Source: a virus
Length of the DNA stretch: 64,000 nucleotides
IMG/VR virus record: IMGVR_UViG_3300031419_000012
Direction: 5' to 3' (one strand)
Made by a program: the position numbers and the translations under genes. Below the pieces are notes generated by a model. It worked only from the letters and a program-made list of their open reading frames with translations. It made no database searches and was not told where the DNA came from. Position 1 is the first letter of the stretch, and every line of letters starts with the position of its first letter. Below are positions 43,439 to 52,977 of this stretch, piece by piece.

Positions 43439-44872
43439 TCAGAGATAGTTAATTTCGATGCTGGAGTTAGCAACGTCGAGATAGATAAAGTCATTCAGCT
43501 GGACGGCAGTTTTCAGATTGTTTGTCTGCACGTCATAGGAGATAAACAGACCAAGCTCCTCAATGACGCGCCACAGGTCTTTTACCTGCACCTGCGCAAA
43601 CTGTTTGCCGGCGGCGACATCACTCTGATAGCTGTCGCCAAACGTAGTCGCGTCGCGCCCGAATTGTGCTTCCAGCAGCTTCTGCACCTCATCTTTCGCA
43701 TCAGAGAGAATGACGTTCTTCTTCGCCACGGCGTTGATGCTTACCGTGAAAGGCTCCTCCTGCGTGCGCACGTAGCGGAAGGTTTTATTAAGCTCGTTGG
43801 GTACCGACAGAACGGCGGTCATGATCAGTTCTTCGAGCTCTGCCTGCGTGTAACCTGGTTTATGGCCGCAAAAGAAAATCGTGTTGATGTTGGAAAGCGA
43901 TTTTACGCCGGTTGACTTCTCCTGCTCCTGCTCACCCCAGGCGCTGATCCACGACATACCTGGCACTTTACGATTCAGGAAATATTTATAATCACCGCCC
44001 CACACAACCTGCTCGTCATAAGCAACGTAGTACTGCGCCCGGTTGCGGGTTTCTTCAGTCGTTTCAAAGCCGCTGCCTCCCGTTATTGGCGTGGTTGTCA
44101 CTACCTCAATTTTGCCGCTCAAATCGGCAATATTGCCCGCCGGCGTCAGCTTCTGGCCCTGCGTCAGCGTGGTATCGCCCCGGCTGCACCAGACGTCCAG
44201 ATCGACCTTGCTGCCGGTTGTTGGCATTTTGCCGATTGCACCGTCGCCAAAGCGAACGCCCAGCTGTTCGGACGGTTTATAAACCATCACATAATGCTTA
44301 CTGGAGCCGCGCGACAGGCGAAACAACGGATTATTTGTCCACTGCGTTTTGTCCTCGTTTTCCGTTACAAAAACGTCGAGTGAAACGGCCTCCTCGGTAA
44401 TGTCACGCGGCAACATAACCGTGTAAAACGCCGATTCAGCCTCAATTGTGGTAGACACGTTGACGTACTCCATCTGGCGCACGTCATTCACAGTCACGCT
44501 TTTACCTGCGGGGATATAAATCACGTCGGTTGTGACATAGGGCAGCTGCGCCAGCGACAGTAATTCTGCATAAATCGGCAGCTGAATATCCTGATCCGTT
44601 TTATTGGTGATCTTCACGCTGCCCCAGGACGGCGTGATTAAGTGGCCAATGTAGTTACGATCTTCGGCTGCGGCCAGAATGCTTGAACGCTTCGTTGCCG
44701 TGGATATAAAACCTTCCGTAAGGCCGCGATCAGCGGTGCTCTGCGCGGCGTAGATGATCTGCGCACCAAATACGGCCATCATCTGAATAAACTGGCTGTT
44801 GGTGAATTTTCTCCACCAGCTGTTAGCCTGCAGCAGCCCGTTAAATTTGTCCTGTAATGCCTGAATGTTCAC
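43439..44872 (-). CDS. bplA: Baseplate wedge protein (J-like)
   Basis: 477 aa; FISTAT.RSSILAAAEDR, VRFGDG, GGSGFET motifs. Confidence 0.85.
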   Translation of the reverse strand: MNIQALQDKFNGLLQANSWWRKFTNSQFIQMMAVFGAQIIYAAQSTADRGLTEGFISTATKRSSILAAAEDRNYIGHLITPSWGSVKITNKTDQDIQLPIYAELLSLAQLPYVTTDVIYIPAGKSVTVNDVRQMEYVNVSTTIEAESAFYTVMLPRDITEEAVSLDVFVTENEDKTQWTNNPLFRLSRGSSKHYVMVYKPSEQLGVRFGDGAIGKMPTTGSKVDLDVWCSRGDTTLTQGQKLTPAGNIADLSGKIEVVTTTPITGGSGFETTEETRNRAQYYVAYDEQVVWGGDYKYFLNRKVPGMSWISAWGEQEQEKSTGVKSLSNINTIFFCGHKPGYTQAELEELIMTAVLSVPNELNKTFRYVRTQEEPFTVSINAVAKKNVILSDAKDEVQKLLEAQFGRDATTFGDSYQSDVAAGKQFAQVQVKDLWRVIEELGLFISYDVQTNNLKTAVQLNDFIYLDVANSSIEINYL

Positions 44873-44884
44873 GATATCCCCCGG

Positions 44885-45244
44885 TTAACTTTTGTTCATG
44901 GACACGCTCAGCGTGCCGTTTGATGTGACGAATGTGATTTGCCAGGTATCAACGTTCTCCGGGGCGCAGCGGATAGCACGCAGCCCCAGCCCCGGCAGAT
45001 CGATACGCAGCTTGCGCAGCAGCGCCGCTTCTATGGCGACTTCGGTTAAATGGCCGGTCTCCGATCCGACCGGCTCATGTTTGTAGTCCTGCATGGTGTT
45101 CCCCCAGCCAGGCAGGCCATAGACGCTGCCCTGCGGGGTTCTCAGCCACTCCTCAAGGCGGGCAAGCCACGCCTGAGAATCGCCCTCTTTCAGCACGACG
45201 CCGCCCTGATCCACGCGCATCAGGCAGTCAATTTCGTTTTGCAT
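44885..45244 (-). CDS. pmgA: Baseplate gp25-like protein
   Basis: 119 aa; WLRTPQGSVYGLPGWG; position between sit and bplA. Confidence 0.75.
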   Translation of the reverse strand: MQNEIDCLMRVDQGGVVLKEGDSQAWLARLEEWLRTPQGSVYGLPGWGNTMQDYKHEPVGSETGHLTEVAIEAALLRKLRIDLPGLGLRAIRCAPENVDTWQITFVTSNGTLSVSMNKS

Positions 45245-45247
45245 GCG

Positions 45248-48200
45248 TTAGTCCCTCAGTAGTTCATTGAGCGCCGGATCGCTGATGCTCAGCGACGACG
45301 ACTGGCGCGGCGCCGGCTGCGCGGTGTTAACCACTTTGTCCGGTGCTTCTTCGCCTTTCTTTTTGGTGACGCCCAGCAACGCCTCCAGCTGCGTGCGCAT
45401 GCCTTTCAGCTCTTTGAGCATGTCTGAATCCTGACCGGCGCTGTCGCCCTTCATCATCGGGCGCACGCCGCTGGCGCCTAAGTCGGTGACGTTCGGGATT
45501 TGTGCCGGGTGACTCAGCAGCGGCTGCTGCAGAGCGGCCTGTGGCGCAGTCGCGCTGCCACCACCAAAGAATGACTGGCCGGCGCTGGCCAGCGACTCAA
45601 TGCCGCTATCCAGAAAACCGCCCGCTTTGCTGGTGAGCGGTGACACGGCCCTGAGAATCCCCGGATCTGTTATGCCCGCCTGACCCAGCACGCCGCTTAT
45701 CATGTCGTTGCCGCTGAAGCCGCCCAGCGTCTGACTGAACGTGTCGCCCAGGGCAGGCATGACGGCAGAGCCAACGGCTTTCACGCCGTCCATTGCGCCG
45801 CCCATCATGCGATCAAAAAAGCCGGTATCAGAGGCTGGCTGTCTTGCGGCGGCAGGCTGCGCCGGCGCGCTGTCAGCCTCCATAGCGCGGTTGATAACCT
45901 GTCCGGTAGCTGCATTTACAGCCCTGGCGGACGTGGCAGAGTTCGGACGGGTGCGGGCGCGGCCAAACGATGCGCCTGACGTTGCTGCGGGACGTGAACG
46001 GGTAGCAATCTGCCCCGGTGAAAGCGCCGCCAGCTGCAGGCCAGCCGGAAGCGAATCACCCGCAGGCAGGGATAACCCGCTGGTTGGACGATTGCGGGCC
46101 AGCCCTTCCACGCCCAGAGATTCAGCTGCGCCCTGTAATTTGCCGTCAGCCCACTGATTGAGGTTCTTCACTCCGCCCCAGGCGGACGCCGCTCCCTGCT
46201 TGAGTTTGTCGGTTAAGCCCGTAGCAGACGTGTCTTTGCTCTCAGATTTTGCGGCGGCTGCAGCAACCTGTGAGCCGGTTGGCGCAGCGGGTGCATTTAC
46301 CACTACGGCGGGTGCGGCCTGGACAGGTGCAACAGCGGCATTCGCCGGTGCTGCAGGCGTCGCCGTTCCAGGCATCACTTTTACTTTGTCGCCGGCAGAA
46401 TAAAGCGAATCGGCGGCAACGGGTGCCAGCCCCTGCTTTGTCCGCGCTTCGTTTACCGATTTCAGGGATTCATCGCTGAATTTGCCCCCTACCCACTTGC
46501 CGTTTTCGTTGTGGCCAATGGCATTCATCATGAAGTCATTCGTCACCTGCGGGTTGCCGCCCTCGATGGTGGCGATACCCCGCATCATCTGCGTCATGAC
46601 TTTCGGATCTTTGAGGTCAAGCTGCTGATTACTTTTCACACCCAGCTTTTTAGAAAGTGAATCGACGTAATTCGACGTGTCATTTTCACTCTGCGGGGCA
46701 TACAGCTTGATAATGTCCTCAACGGTATTGAGCTTCTTGTAACCGGCAGCTTTAGAGGTGCCTTCGGAATAGCTGGTAAGCTGGTTGGCCAGCGCCCTGA
46801 AACCTTCCTCCGGCGTGTTGAATTTGGCAAAGCGCGCCTCGCCTTTGGCGTTCTTCGCTTCCAGGCTTGCGCCCTCCTGCCCGACAAAATTCAGGTTACC
46901 AAAATTGTTGTTGCGGAAGGATCGGGTTTTCGCGTTGGCGCCGCCGATGTTGAGATCCGCGCCGATGCTGTTTTTCGCCACGTCGGCATAGTCAGCCGTG
47001 CTTTTACCCTGCGCACCTACGCCATCCTCACCCCATGTGCCGCCCTGCAGCTGTGAGCCCAGCCGGTTGATCGCCGTAACGGTTTTTTCGGTTCCGTCCG
47101 TGATCGCTTTCGTCTGCTCAGCGCTGGTGCCGGTGAGCTTGTCATAGGCGCTGACGGCGCTGGTGGAAAACGAGGTGAACACGTCACCTACCTTGCTCAG
47201 CCCCGAATCCAGCCCCTTAGCCATATCCCCCGTGTTAAACGTCAGCGCCTTAGCTGCGCCATCCATACCCAGCGCGCTTGCGCCCTTCGCCAGCAGCCCG
47301 GCGCCGCCCGACAGCAGCCCGCCCATATTCAGCACGTTGGCAGCGGTGTATTCGCCTTTCTGTCTGCCGCTGACAGCCTGATTCTCTTTCAGGCCAAACG
47401 CCTTTTTCTGGCCTTCGGTATCGTGGAAGCCTTCATAAGCGTCCATACCCGCGCTGATTGCGGTACCCACCAGCGGGATCGCTTTCAGCGCGGTTTTTCC
47501 GGCAACCTTCCCGGCCACTTTAAGGCCACCTTTCTCAGCAGTTTGCTCAGCGGCGGCGGCAGCGGCTTTCTCAGATACGGCAATACCCTCTTTGGCCGCA
47601 ACCTTCCCGGCGGTGTCCGTGGCAGCTTTAGTTCCTTCCTTTGCTGCGGCTTCGCCTGCTGCTTTCGTACCGGCGAGCACGGCTGCGCCGGTCGTTGCTG
47701 CTGCCGCGCCAGCGCCGGCAACGGTTGCCGCTTTTTTGCCGCCTTTCAGGGCTTCCATTGCCTTTGTCAGCAGGCTTTTCTTTTTCGGCTCAGGCCGGGT
47801 TTTTTCCCCATGAGGCTTTTTCTTGCCGTCCGGCAGCAGATCGCCTGCGGTTTCAAGCGCCCCTGCAGCGGCAGTAAGCGCACCACGCTTGCGCCCGCGG
47901 GAGCGTCGTTTACGTCTGCCGGGTATGAGCGAGTCCAGCAGCCCGCCATCTTTGCCACCCGACGCATGCGCGAGCTTTTTGATTTCGTCGCGCACGTCGT
48001 CCAGGCCGCTGATGATACGATCGTCATTGGCGGCGAGTATTTTGGTTTGCTCCTGCGTGACCTGTACGGCCTTTGCCTGCTGCGCGCTCTTATAGCCATC
48101 AGCTGATTTTGGCTTGCCGACGGCCGGCGGCTGCTTCGCTGCTGCGGTAACTGGCGGGTGCGTCACCGGCGGTTCTATTTTCAGCGCGGCGTTGCCTTCG

Positions 48201-48886
48201 GTTTTTCCCTGCATGAAGTTTTTCAGCGAGACGACGTTTTTACCGACTTCGGCGGAAATGTCGTACATGCCTTTACCCATCATCCAGAGCGGCCCCCCTG
48301 CGGCGGTACCGGCAATGTCTGTCCCTGATGACATGGCATCGCTGTTTGTTTCAGTAGCAGATTTCATCATGCTGGTAAGCGATCGATAGAAGCCCTGCTG
48401 CTGCTGCTGTTCGGCGCGACGGGCATTTTTTTCCTGCTGCGCAGCCAATGCATCGCCTGATTCAGTACGCGATTTGAAGCGCCCGCTTGCGTCCCTGCGC
48501 GGGTTTTCTATTGTGATGCTTTCCTGCTTTAGTTGTGACTTATTTTTATTTCCTGCGTGACTTTTTTGAGGTTCTTGTGTGCTTTTTTTTGCCTCTTCTG
48601 TGACTTTTACCTGTTCTTTTTTCGGTTGTGTCTTTTTATCGCTTCTACTGTGCTCTTTTTTAATCACATTAGTGCTTTTTCCAGAGCGCTTATCCGCATC
48701 TTCTGAAGCGCGATTGCGTCCGGTAACAGAGCGTCTGACTGTGAGGCCTGAACCATTGCTGTTGCTGGCTTTATCAGGTTTTGAATCTCCAGTAAGCGCT
48801 TTGCGGATAAGTGTCAGTTGCTTTAATTCAGCTTCGCTGGCGTCCTGAATGGCGTCTATTATCCGAGCCTGACTTTGAAGATTCAT
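45248..48886 (-). CDS. sit: Tape measure protein with internal cell-wall-lytic-like domain
   Basis: 1212 aa Ala/Gly-rich; internal RNNNFGNL...FNTPEEGFRAL...YAPQSENDT domain. Confidence 0.85.
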   Translation of the reverse strand: MNLQSQARIIDAIQDASEAELKQLTLIRKALTGDSKPDKASNSNGSGLTVRRSVTGRNRASEDADKRSGKSTNVIKKEHSRSDKKTQPKKEQVKVTEEAKKSTQEPQKSHAGNKNKSQLKQESITIENPRRDASGRFKSRTESGDALAAQQEKNARRAEQQQQQGFYRSLTSMMKSATETNSDAMSSGTDIAGTAAGGPLWMMGKGMYDISAEVGKNVVSLKNFMQGKTEGNAALKIEPPVTHPPVTAAAKQPPAVGKPKSADGYKSAQQAKAVQVTQEQTKILAANDDRIISGLDDVRDEIKKLAHASGGKDGGLLDSLIPGRRKRRSRGRKRGALTAAAGALETAGDLLPDGKKKPHGEKTRPEPKKKSLLTKAMEALKGGKKAATVAGAGAAAATTGAAVLAGTKAAGEAAAKEGTKAATDTAGKVAAKEGIAVSEKAAAAAAEQTAEKGGLKVAGKVAGKTALKAIPLVGTAISAGMDAYEGFHDTEGQKKAFGLKENQAVSGRQKGEYTAANVLNMGGLLSGGAGLLAKGASALGMDGAAKALTFNTGDMAKGLDSGLSKVGDVFTSFSTSAVSAYDKLTGTSAEQTKAITDGTEKTVTAINRLGSQLQGGTWGEDGVGAQGKSTADYADVAKNSIGADLNIGGANAKTRSFRNNNFGNLNFVGQEGASLEAKNAKGEARFAKFNTPEEGFRALANQLTSYSEGTSKAAGYKKLNTVEDIIKLYAPQSENDTSNYVDSLSKKLGVKSNQQLDLKDPKVMTQMMRGIATIEGGNPQVTNDFMMNAIGHNENGKWVGGKFSDESLKSVNEARTKQGLAPVAADSLYSAGDKVKVMPGTATPAAPANAAVAPVQAAPAVVVNAPAAPTGSQVAAAAAKSESKDTSATGLTDKLKQGAASAWGGVKNLNQWADGKLQGAAESLGVEGLARNRPTSGLSLPAGDSLPAGLQLAALSPGQIATRSRPAATSGASFGRARTRPNSATSARAVNAATGQVINRAMEADSAPAQPAAARQPASDTGFFDRMMGGAMDGVKAVGSAVMPALGDTFSQTLGGFSGNDMISGVLGQAGITDPGILRAVSPLTSKAGGFLDSGIESLASAGQSFFGGGSATAPQAALQQPLLSHPAQIPNVTDLGASGVRPMMKGDSAGQDSDMLKELKGMRTQLEALLGVTKKKGEEAPDKVVNTAQPAPRQSSSLSISDPALNELLRD

Positions 48887-49068
48887 AGTTCAGCCCTGTA
48901 TTGTGTTCTTTTCAGTTGCTCAATAAGCGTGTTGTTCATCTGGATAGCTCGCCACAATGGTAAATTGTCCACATCTCCGATAGGCTGGCGCGCGACCAGC
49001 GTCAGGTTGTCAATGATGGTTAGCCATCCACTGAGTTGAAAATTTCGGAATAAATAATCCAGAGCGAA
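48883..49068 (-). CDS. Start-less +1-frame ORF, probable frameshift extension of the upstream chaperone
   Basis: Open +1 frame after CCC-TTT-CGC (49064-49072): FALDYLFRNFQLSGWLTIIDNLTLVARQPIGDVDNLPLWRAIQMNNTLIEQLKRTQYRAEL. Its TGA overlaps the sit ATG (ATGA). Confidence 0.6.
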   Translation of the reverse strand, partial: FALDYLFRNFQLSGWLTIIDNLTLVARQPIGDVDNLPLWRAIQMNNTLIEQLKRTQYRAEL

Positions 49069-49828
49069 AGGGAATAAACAGTTGAGTGGTATTCATCTGC
49101 ATGCCCTCCTTTTCACATGGTGTTGGCGGAAGCAGCAGACGTACCTGACCCTGCGTAATTTGCATGCGTAACCCGTGACGCAGGTTCCTCTGCATCAGCT
49201 GGATATGTGCCACCAGCGGCGCAAACTCCAGATCGGGGATCATGTTTTCCATAATGTCGAAACGGCGGTTAGCGGCTGCTTCAAAATCCTCCGGATCGTC
49301 ATCGAGCGCGGTACAGAGCGCGAACTCAGCAATGCGCATGCGCACCAGCGCTGCCTCATATTCCGGGGCGTCTGTTTCCGGCAGGCTCACGCGCAGGCGC
49401 TCCAGCATTTCCTGTCCGCGCCCGGTCAGAGGCTTGAGCGTCCAGTCAGTCGGCACGCCGTTGACTGGTACGCTCACACGCTCAAAGGGTTCGATGGTCA
49501 GCAGTTCAACGGTTTCCGCCAGGTCAGACAGGTCAAAGTCATAGGTATGCACCTGGCCACAGTGTTCGCAGGAGTAGTGAAACGCCTCAAGGTTATCGGC
49601 GCGGCTGTTAATCATGATCCACCACAGCGCGGTCCGGCGTTCCTGCGCGGTCCAGTCACGGCTGTCGCTAAGCGTGCCTTCCTGCAGGTGGTTGAGGTAT
49701 TCCGTCACGCGGCGTTCATCACTGATTTCATCAGGCGTGCTGTATTTAAGCGCGTCTTTCATGATCGGCTGGCGAAACTGGATTTCGGTACCGGGGCGCG
49801 AGGCCAGAGGAAGCAGGGGAATATTCAC
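49010..49828 (-). CDS. Tail/baseplate assembly chaperone (P1 PmgB-like)
   Basis: PL.SRP...IQFRQP...WTAQERRTALWWI...CEHCG; directly upstream of the tape measure gene. Confidence 0.75.
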   Translation of the reverse strand: MNIPLLPLASRPGTEIQFRQPIMKDALKYSTPDEISDERRVTEYLNHLQEGTLSDSRDWTAQERRTALWWIMINSRADNLEAFHYSCEHCGQVHTYDFDLSDLAETVELLTIEPFERVSVPVNGVPTDWTLKPLTGRGQEMLERLRVSLPETDAPEYEAALVRMRIAEFALCTALDDDPEDFEAAANRRFDIMENMIPDLEFAPLVAHIQLMQRNLRHGLRMQITQGQVRLLLPPTPCEKEGMQMNTTQLFIPFRSGLFIPKFSTQWMANHH

Positions 49829-49839
49829 GGTTTGACCTT

Positions 49840-50562
49840 TCAGAATTTAATGAGGTTTGATGCGGACGATTGAACCTGGTTTGTAATTCCTCCTGTTAAT
49901 CCTTTTACCAGTCCGTTTACGGCGCCGCCGGCGCTGGTGTACTTCACGAAGGTCACAGGGAAGGTGGCGAACTCGCCCACGGCGTCGCGCGCGCGGGAGA
50001 TTTCGCCAATCGTGGTAATGAACCCCTTCATTTCCTCTTCCTGTGAGGCCTGACCATCCTGCGTCACCCGGTAGATGCGGACATTCAGCAGGTAGGAGGG
50101 TGGAAGGTTAAACGTGCCGTCGCCGTTAGAAATGCGGGCGCGCCGCTCTTTGAACTTCTGCAGGAGCTCGCCGCTCTCGTTATCACGGAGCGTCATGGTC
50201 ACGGAGCCCGCCGTAACGTGCGTGGGCTTCACAAACTCCACGCCGCCGATCAGCTTGCTCTCGGTTTCCACGTTGTTAGCGCTGTAGGTGATATCTTTCA
50301 CGTACATATCCACGCGCGAAAAGCCGTCTATCTCAATGTTCCATTGCCAGCCCTGCGCGTAGCGAATGCGCATTGCCATTTCCAGAATGGCTTTGGCGCT
50401 GGATAGCTCAGGTGGCAGGCCTGCATAAGACGCACCGCCACCGCCGCTCATGTTTGAGGAGGCACGCGCCAGAATGTTCGATATCAGGCTGTTACCGGCC
50501 TGTCTGGCCGTGCTGGAAGCAAAGCCTTTGATGTTCCCGGCCAGCCCGTCAAAAAAGCTCAT
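49840..50562 (-). CDS. tub: Tail tube-fold protein (P1 Tub-like)
   Basis: AQGWQW.IE, YVKDITY, TMTLRD tube-fold pattern; P1 synteny. Confidence 0.7.
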   Translation of the reverse strand: MSFFDGLAGNIKGFASSTARQAGNSLISNILARASSNMSGGGGASYAGLPPELSSAKAILEMAMRIRYAQGWQWNIEIDGFSRVDMYVKDITYSANNVETESKLIGGVEFVKPTHVTAGSVTMTLRDNESGELLQKFKERRARISNGDGTFNLPPSYLLNVRIYRVTQDGQASQEEEMKGFITTIGEISRARDAVGEFATFPVTFVKYTSAGGAVNGLVKGLTGGITNQVQSSASNLIKF

Positions 50563-50571
50563 AACGCCTCC

Positions 50572-51123
50572 TTACCAGGAACTCATTGCAGGGATAATTG
50601 CGCGGTTAGCGGAGATCTGCGCTTCCAGATCGGCTTTGCGCTGGTGCAGCGTGGCTTCATCCGGCAGAAAGGTTGCGTCAAACTTTCCGGCGATGTGCAG
50701 GCGGCGCAGGCGTTCAACGTTGGGAATGGCGATCAGCGCTTCAAGGTAATCTTCGATCAGGCCGGTAATGTCCGGCGGCAGCTGCGCGTTGTCATAGTCG
50801 CAGTCGCGTATATTGCGGAAGTAGAGCAGGGTAAGCGGCCATTTCTCACGGCCCGTCAGTTCAAGCTCAATGGTGGATTCCCACGGATCGGCGTACACCA
50901 GCGCGCCATTGAAGTCGTTCACGTTTACCAGCGAGAGGTAATCAGACGGAAACGGGAGGCTTGCGCCCCCCGTTTTTTCAATGCGTGTGCGGCCTGGTAC
51001 GCCGGCCCGATCCTGATAGACGCCCAGTGCCTGGCGGAGAAGGCTTTGCAAAAGCGGTGCCTCGTCCACCAGCAGCGTCGTGAAGCGCGCTTTTACGGCT
51101 TCAAGCAGTTCGGCCGGCGTCAT
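50572..51123 (-). CDS. pmgC: Head-tail adaptor/neck protein (P1 PmgC-like)
   Basis: MTP.ELLE.VK.RFT.L..DE..LL.SLLRQALG.YQDRAG matches a recalled P1 neck protein. Confidence 0.7.
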   Translation of the reverse strand: MTPAELLEAVKARFTTLLVDEAPLLQSLLRQALGVYQDRAGVPGRTRIEKTGGASLPFPSDYLSLVNVNDFNGALVYADPWESTIELELTGREKWPLTLLYFRNIRDCDYDNAQLPPDITGLIEDYLEALIAIPNVERLRRLHIAGKFDATFLPDEATLHQRKADLEAQISANRAIIPAMSSW

Positions 51124-51125
51124 GA

Positions 51126-51614
51126 TTATTCAGCCCAGTTGTACACTACGCGCAGCGGCAGCTTGACGGCTGCAGTCGTGTCCTCAGAGCCAAAATCAAC
51201 GGCGTCTGAGTAGATTTTGCAGTGCAGGTAGTTGCGCGTCAGGCCAGCGTCAGCGCCGCTGTTTGACTCGGCGGCGGCGGCAAACGTGAGATCCAGATAC
51301 TCTTTGTTGAGCACCATCTTGCGGACGGCTGCAAACACGTCGCCCTTAATGGTTTCAACGCAGGTCATCTGAAACTCACCGGAGTTTTTCAGCACGCCGT
51401 GCTGGTTAAACTTCATGCCGCCAGGTGCGACGTCCTCAACATCCTCGCGCGCCATTTCTGGCAGCTGAGTGGTGCGGATCAGAATGGACAGGTTCGGATA
51501 GCCCTTAACGGTCATCCAGTATTCGGAGCCGATAAGTTTTTCACCGGCGGCAACGTTCTGGTTAAAGCGCTTTTTCAGAAATGCCACATCGGATTTTGTG
51601 TTGGAAAAGCCGGA
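51126..51614 (-). CDS. bplB: Tail tube protein BplB
   Basis: PEMAREDVED..P.GMKFNQHG...CKIYSDAVDF...VYNW matches recalled P1 BplB; start MSGFSN (51614). Confidence 0.85.
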   Translation of the reverse strand, partial: SGFSNTKSDVAFLKKRFNQNVAAGEKLIGSEYWMTVKGYPNLSILIRTTQLPEMAREDVEDVAPGGMKFNQHGVLKNSGEFQMTCVETIKGDVFAAVRKMVLNKEYLDLTFAAAAESNSGADAGLTRNYLHCKIYSDAVDFGSEDTTAAVKLPLRVVYNWAE

Positions 51615-51627
51615 CATAAATTGTTCC

Positions 51628-52218
51628 TCAGATAAACATATATGGAATATCAGACTGGTTCTGGACGCTCTGGCCGGAGCACTGCAGCGTGACGGTGTTG
51701 TGCGTGTAATACCCCTCAGCGGTGCGGGGCGCGTCAAGCTGGTAGCTGACACTTTTGATCACAACGTCCATGATTTTCAGGCGGCGCCCGATATCCAGAA
51801 TGACGGGAAGAGGACGGCGACCGCCGGGAAGGGCGGCATTCAGTTCTGGCGAGGCCATCTGCTGCAGCGACATGATCGCGTCCATCACTTCGATCTTCGC
51901 GTTCACGGTGGCCATCAGGTCTACAACGATGCTGAACTCTGGCGGCTGCTGGCCTTCCCAGATAAGCAGGGAGTTAAACTCCGACTTTGATGTATTCCCG
52001 GTTGCTGCCTGCGTTCCGCTCGCCAGCTTGCCCGCTGCCGTGCTGACCGCGCCGGCAACGCCGCCAAGCGAGTCATTGGAAAAAGGGGATTCCCACATTG
52101 ATTCGAGACTGGCGCTCGATCCTTCCCCGATATAGCCCACAACCATCGCCGTCTGAGACGTGATATAGAGCTTCAGGAAAGGACTCACCCCGTCCGGCAT
52201 GATTGCACCGCAGATCAT
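51628..52218 (-). CDS. pmgG: Tail tube-associated protein PmgG
   Basis: DGVSPFLK...WESPF...WEG..PP...IGRR...LDAPR...NTV.LQ matches recalled P1 PmgG. Confidence 0.8.
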   Translation of the reverse strand: MICGAIMPDGVSPFLKLYITSQTAMVVGYIGEGSSASLESMWESPFSNDSLGGVAGAVSTAAGKLASGTQAATGNTSKSEFNSLLIWEGQQPPEFSIVVDLMATVNAKIEVMDAIMSLQQMASPELNAALPGGRRPLPVILDIGRRLKIMDVVIKSVSYQLDAPRTAEGYYTHNTVTLQCSGQSVQNQSDIPYMFI

Positions 52219-52261
52219 CGCACTATCCTCATTGCCGCCGGCGCTAACCGGCGGCTATCCC

Positions 52262-52966
52262 TTACAGGCCGCGCTTTTTACGCAGCTTCATCGACTTTTT
52301 ACGGTGCGCGTTAGCCATAGAGCTGTGCGCCTTCATGCGGGCTTTTTTGAGCGCCTGCTTCTGCAGCGACGTCATGCGGCGCTTCTTCGGACGTTTGCGG
52401 ATCAGCGTAACCACGCCATCGCGCACGGCTTTGAACGTCGCAGACTCCAGCATGGCCTCGCCGCCTTTGCCGCCGGCAACGGTGTAATCAGCAATAGCTT
52501 CGTCGTCGTCGCTCAGACCGGAAAGCGCCTCGAAAACGCTCTCAGCGGCGCTGTCGTCGTCGTCATCGATCATGCTGGTGATGTCATCCTGATCTGCACC
52601 CAGGGCAACGGCGGCATTGGCCAGCTGGCCCAGTGCGTCGTTAAACTGATCAATCTGGTCATCAGTCAGATCGTCGTCCTCTCCAATGCCATCCAGACCG
52701 GCCAGCACCAGCGCCAGCGCTTCAAAGCTGTCAGCGTCGGCTTCGCCATCGGCAATCCAGCCCGCCAGCAGGGAAGCGGCCACGGAGCGCGCATCCTCGC
52801 CAGCGCGGCGCTCCACGGCTTCAAACATCGCAATGACGCGCGACTCAGCCGCTTGACCGTCGTTAACGCTTTCCGCCATAAAGTCCTGTTTAGCAGGCTC
52901 TGCTGCCGGCGCGGCAAACGCTGCACCCAGCAGGCCGTGAGAAGCGTGGTTAAAAATGTTGTTCAT
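52262..52966 (-). CDS. 21: Prohead core/scaffold-like protein gp21
   Basis: Acidic body with basic C-terminus RKKSMKLRKKRGL; between sheath and pmgG. Confidence 0.75.
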   Translation of the reverse strand: MNNIFNHASHGLLGAAFAAPAAEPAKQDFMAESVNDGQAAESRVIAMFEAVERRAGEDARSVAASLLAGWIADGEADADSFEALALVLAGLDGIGEDDDLTDDQIDQFNDALGQLANAAVALGADQDDITSMIDDDDDSAAESVFEALSGLSDDDEAIADYTVAGGKGGEAMLESATFKAVRDGVVTLIRKRPKKRRMTSLQKQALKKARMKAHSSMANAHRKKSMKLRKKRGL

Positions 52967-52977
52967 AATTTCCTCTG

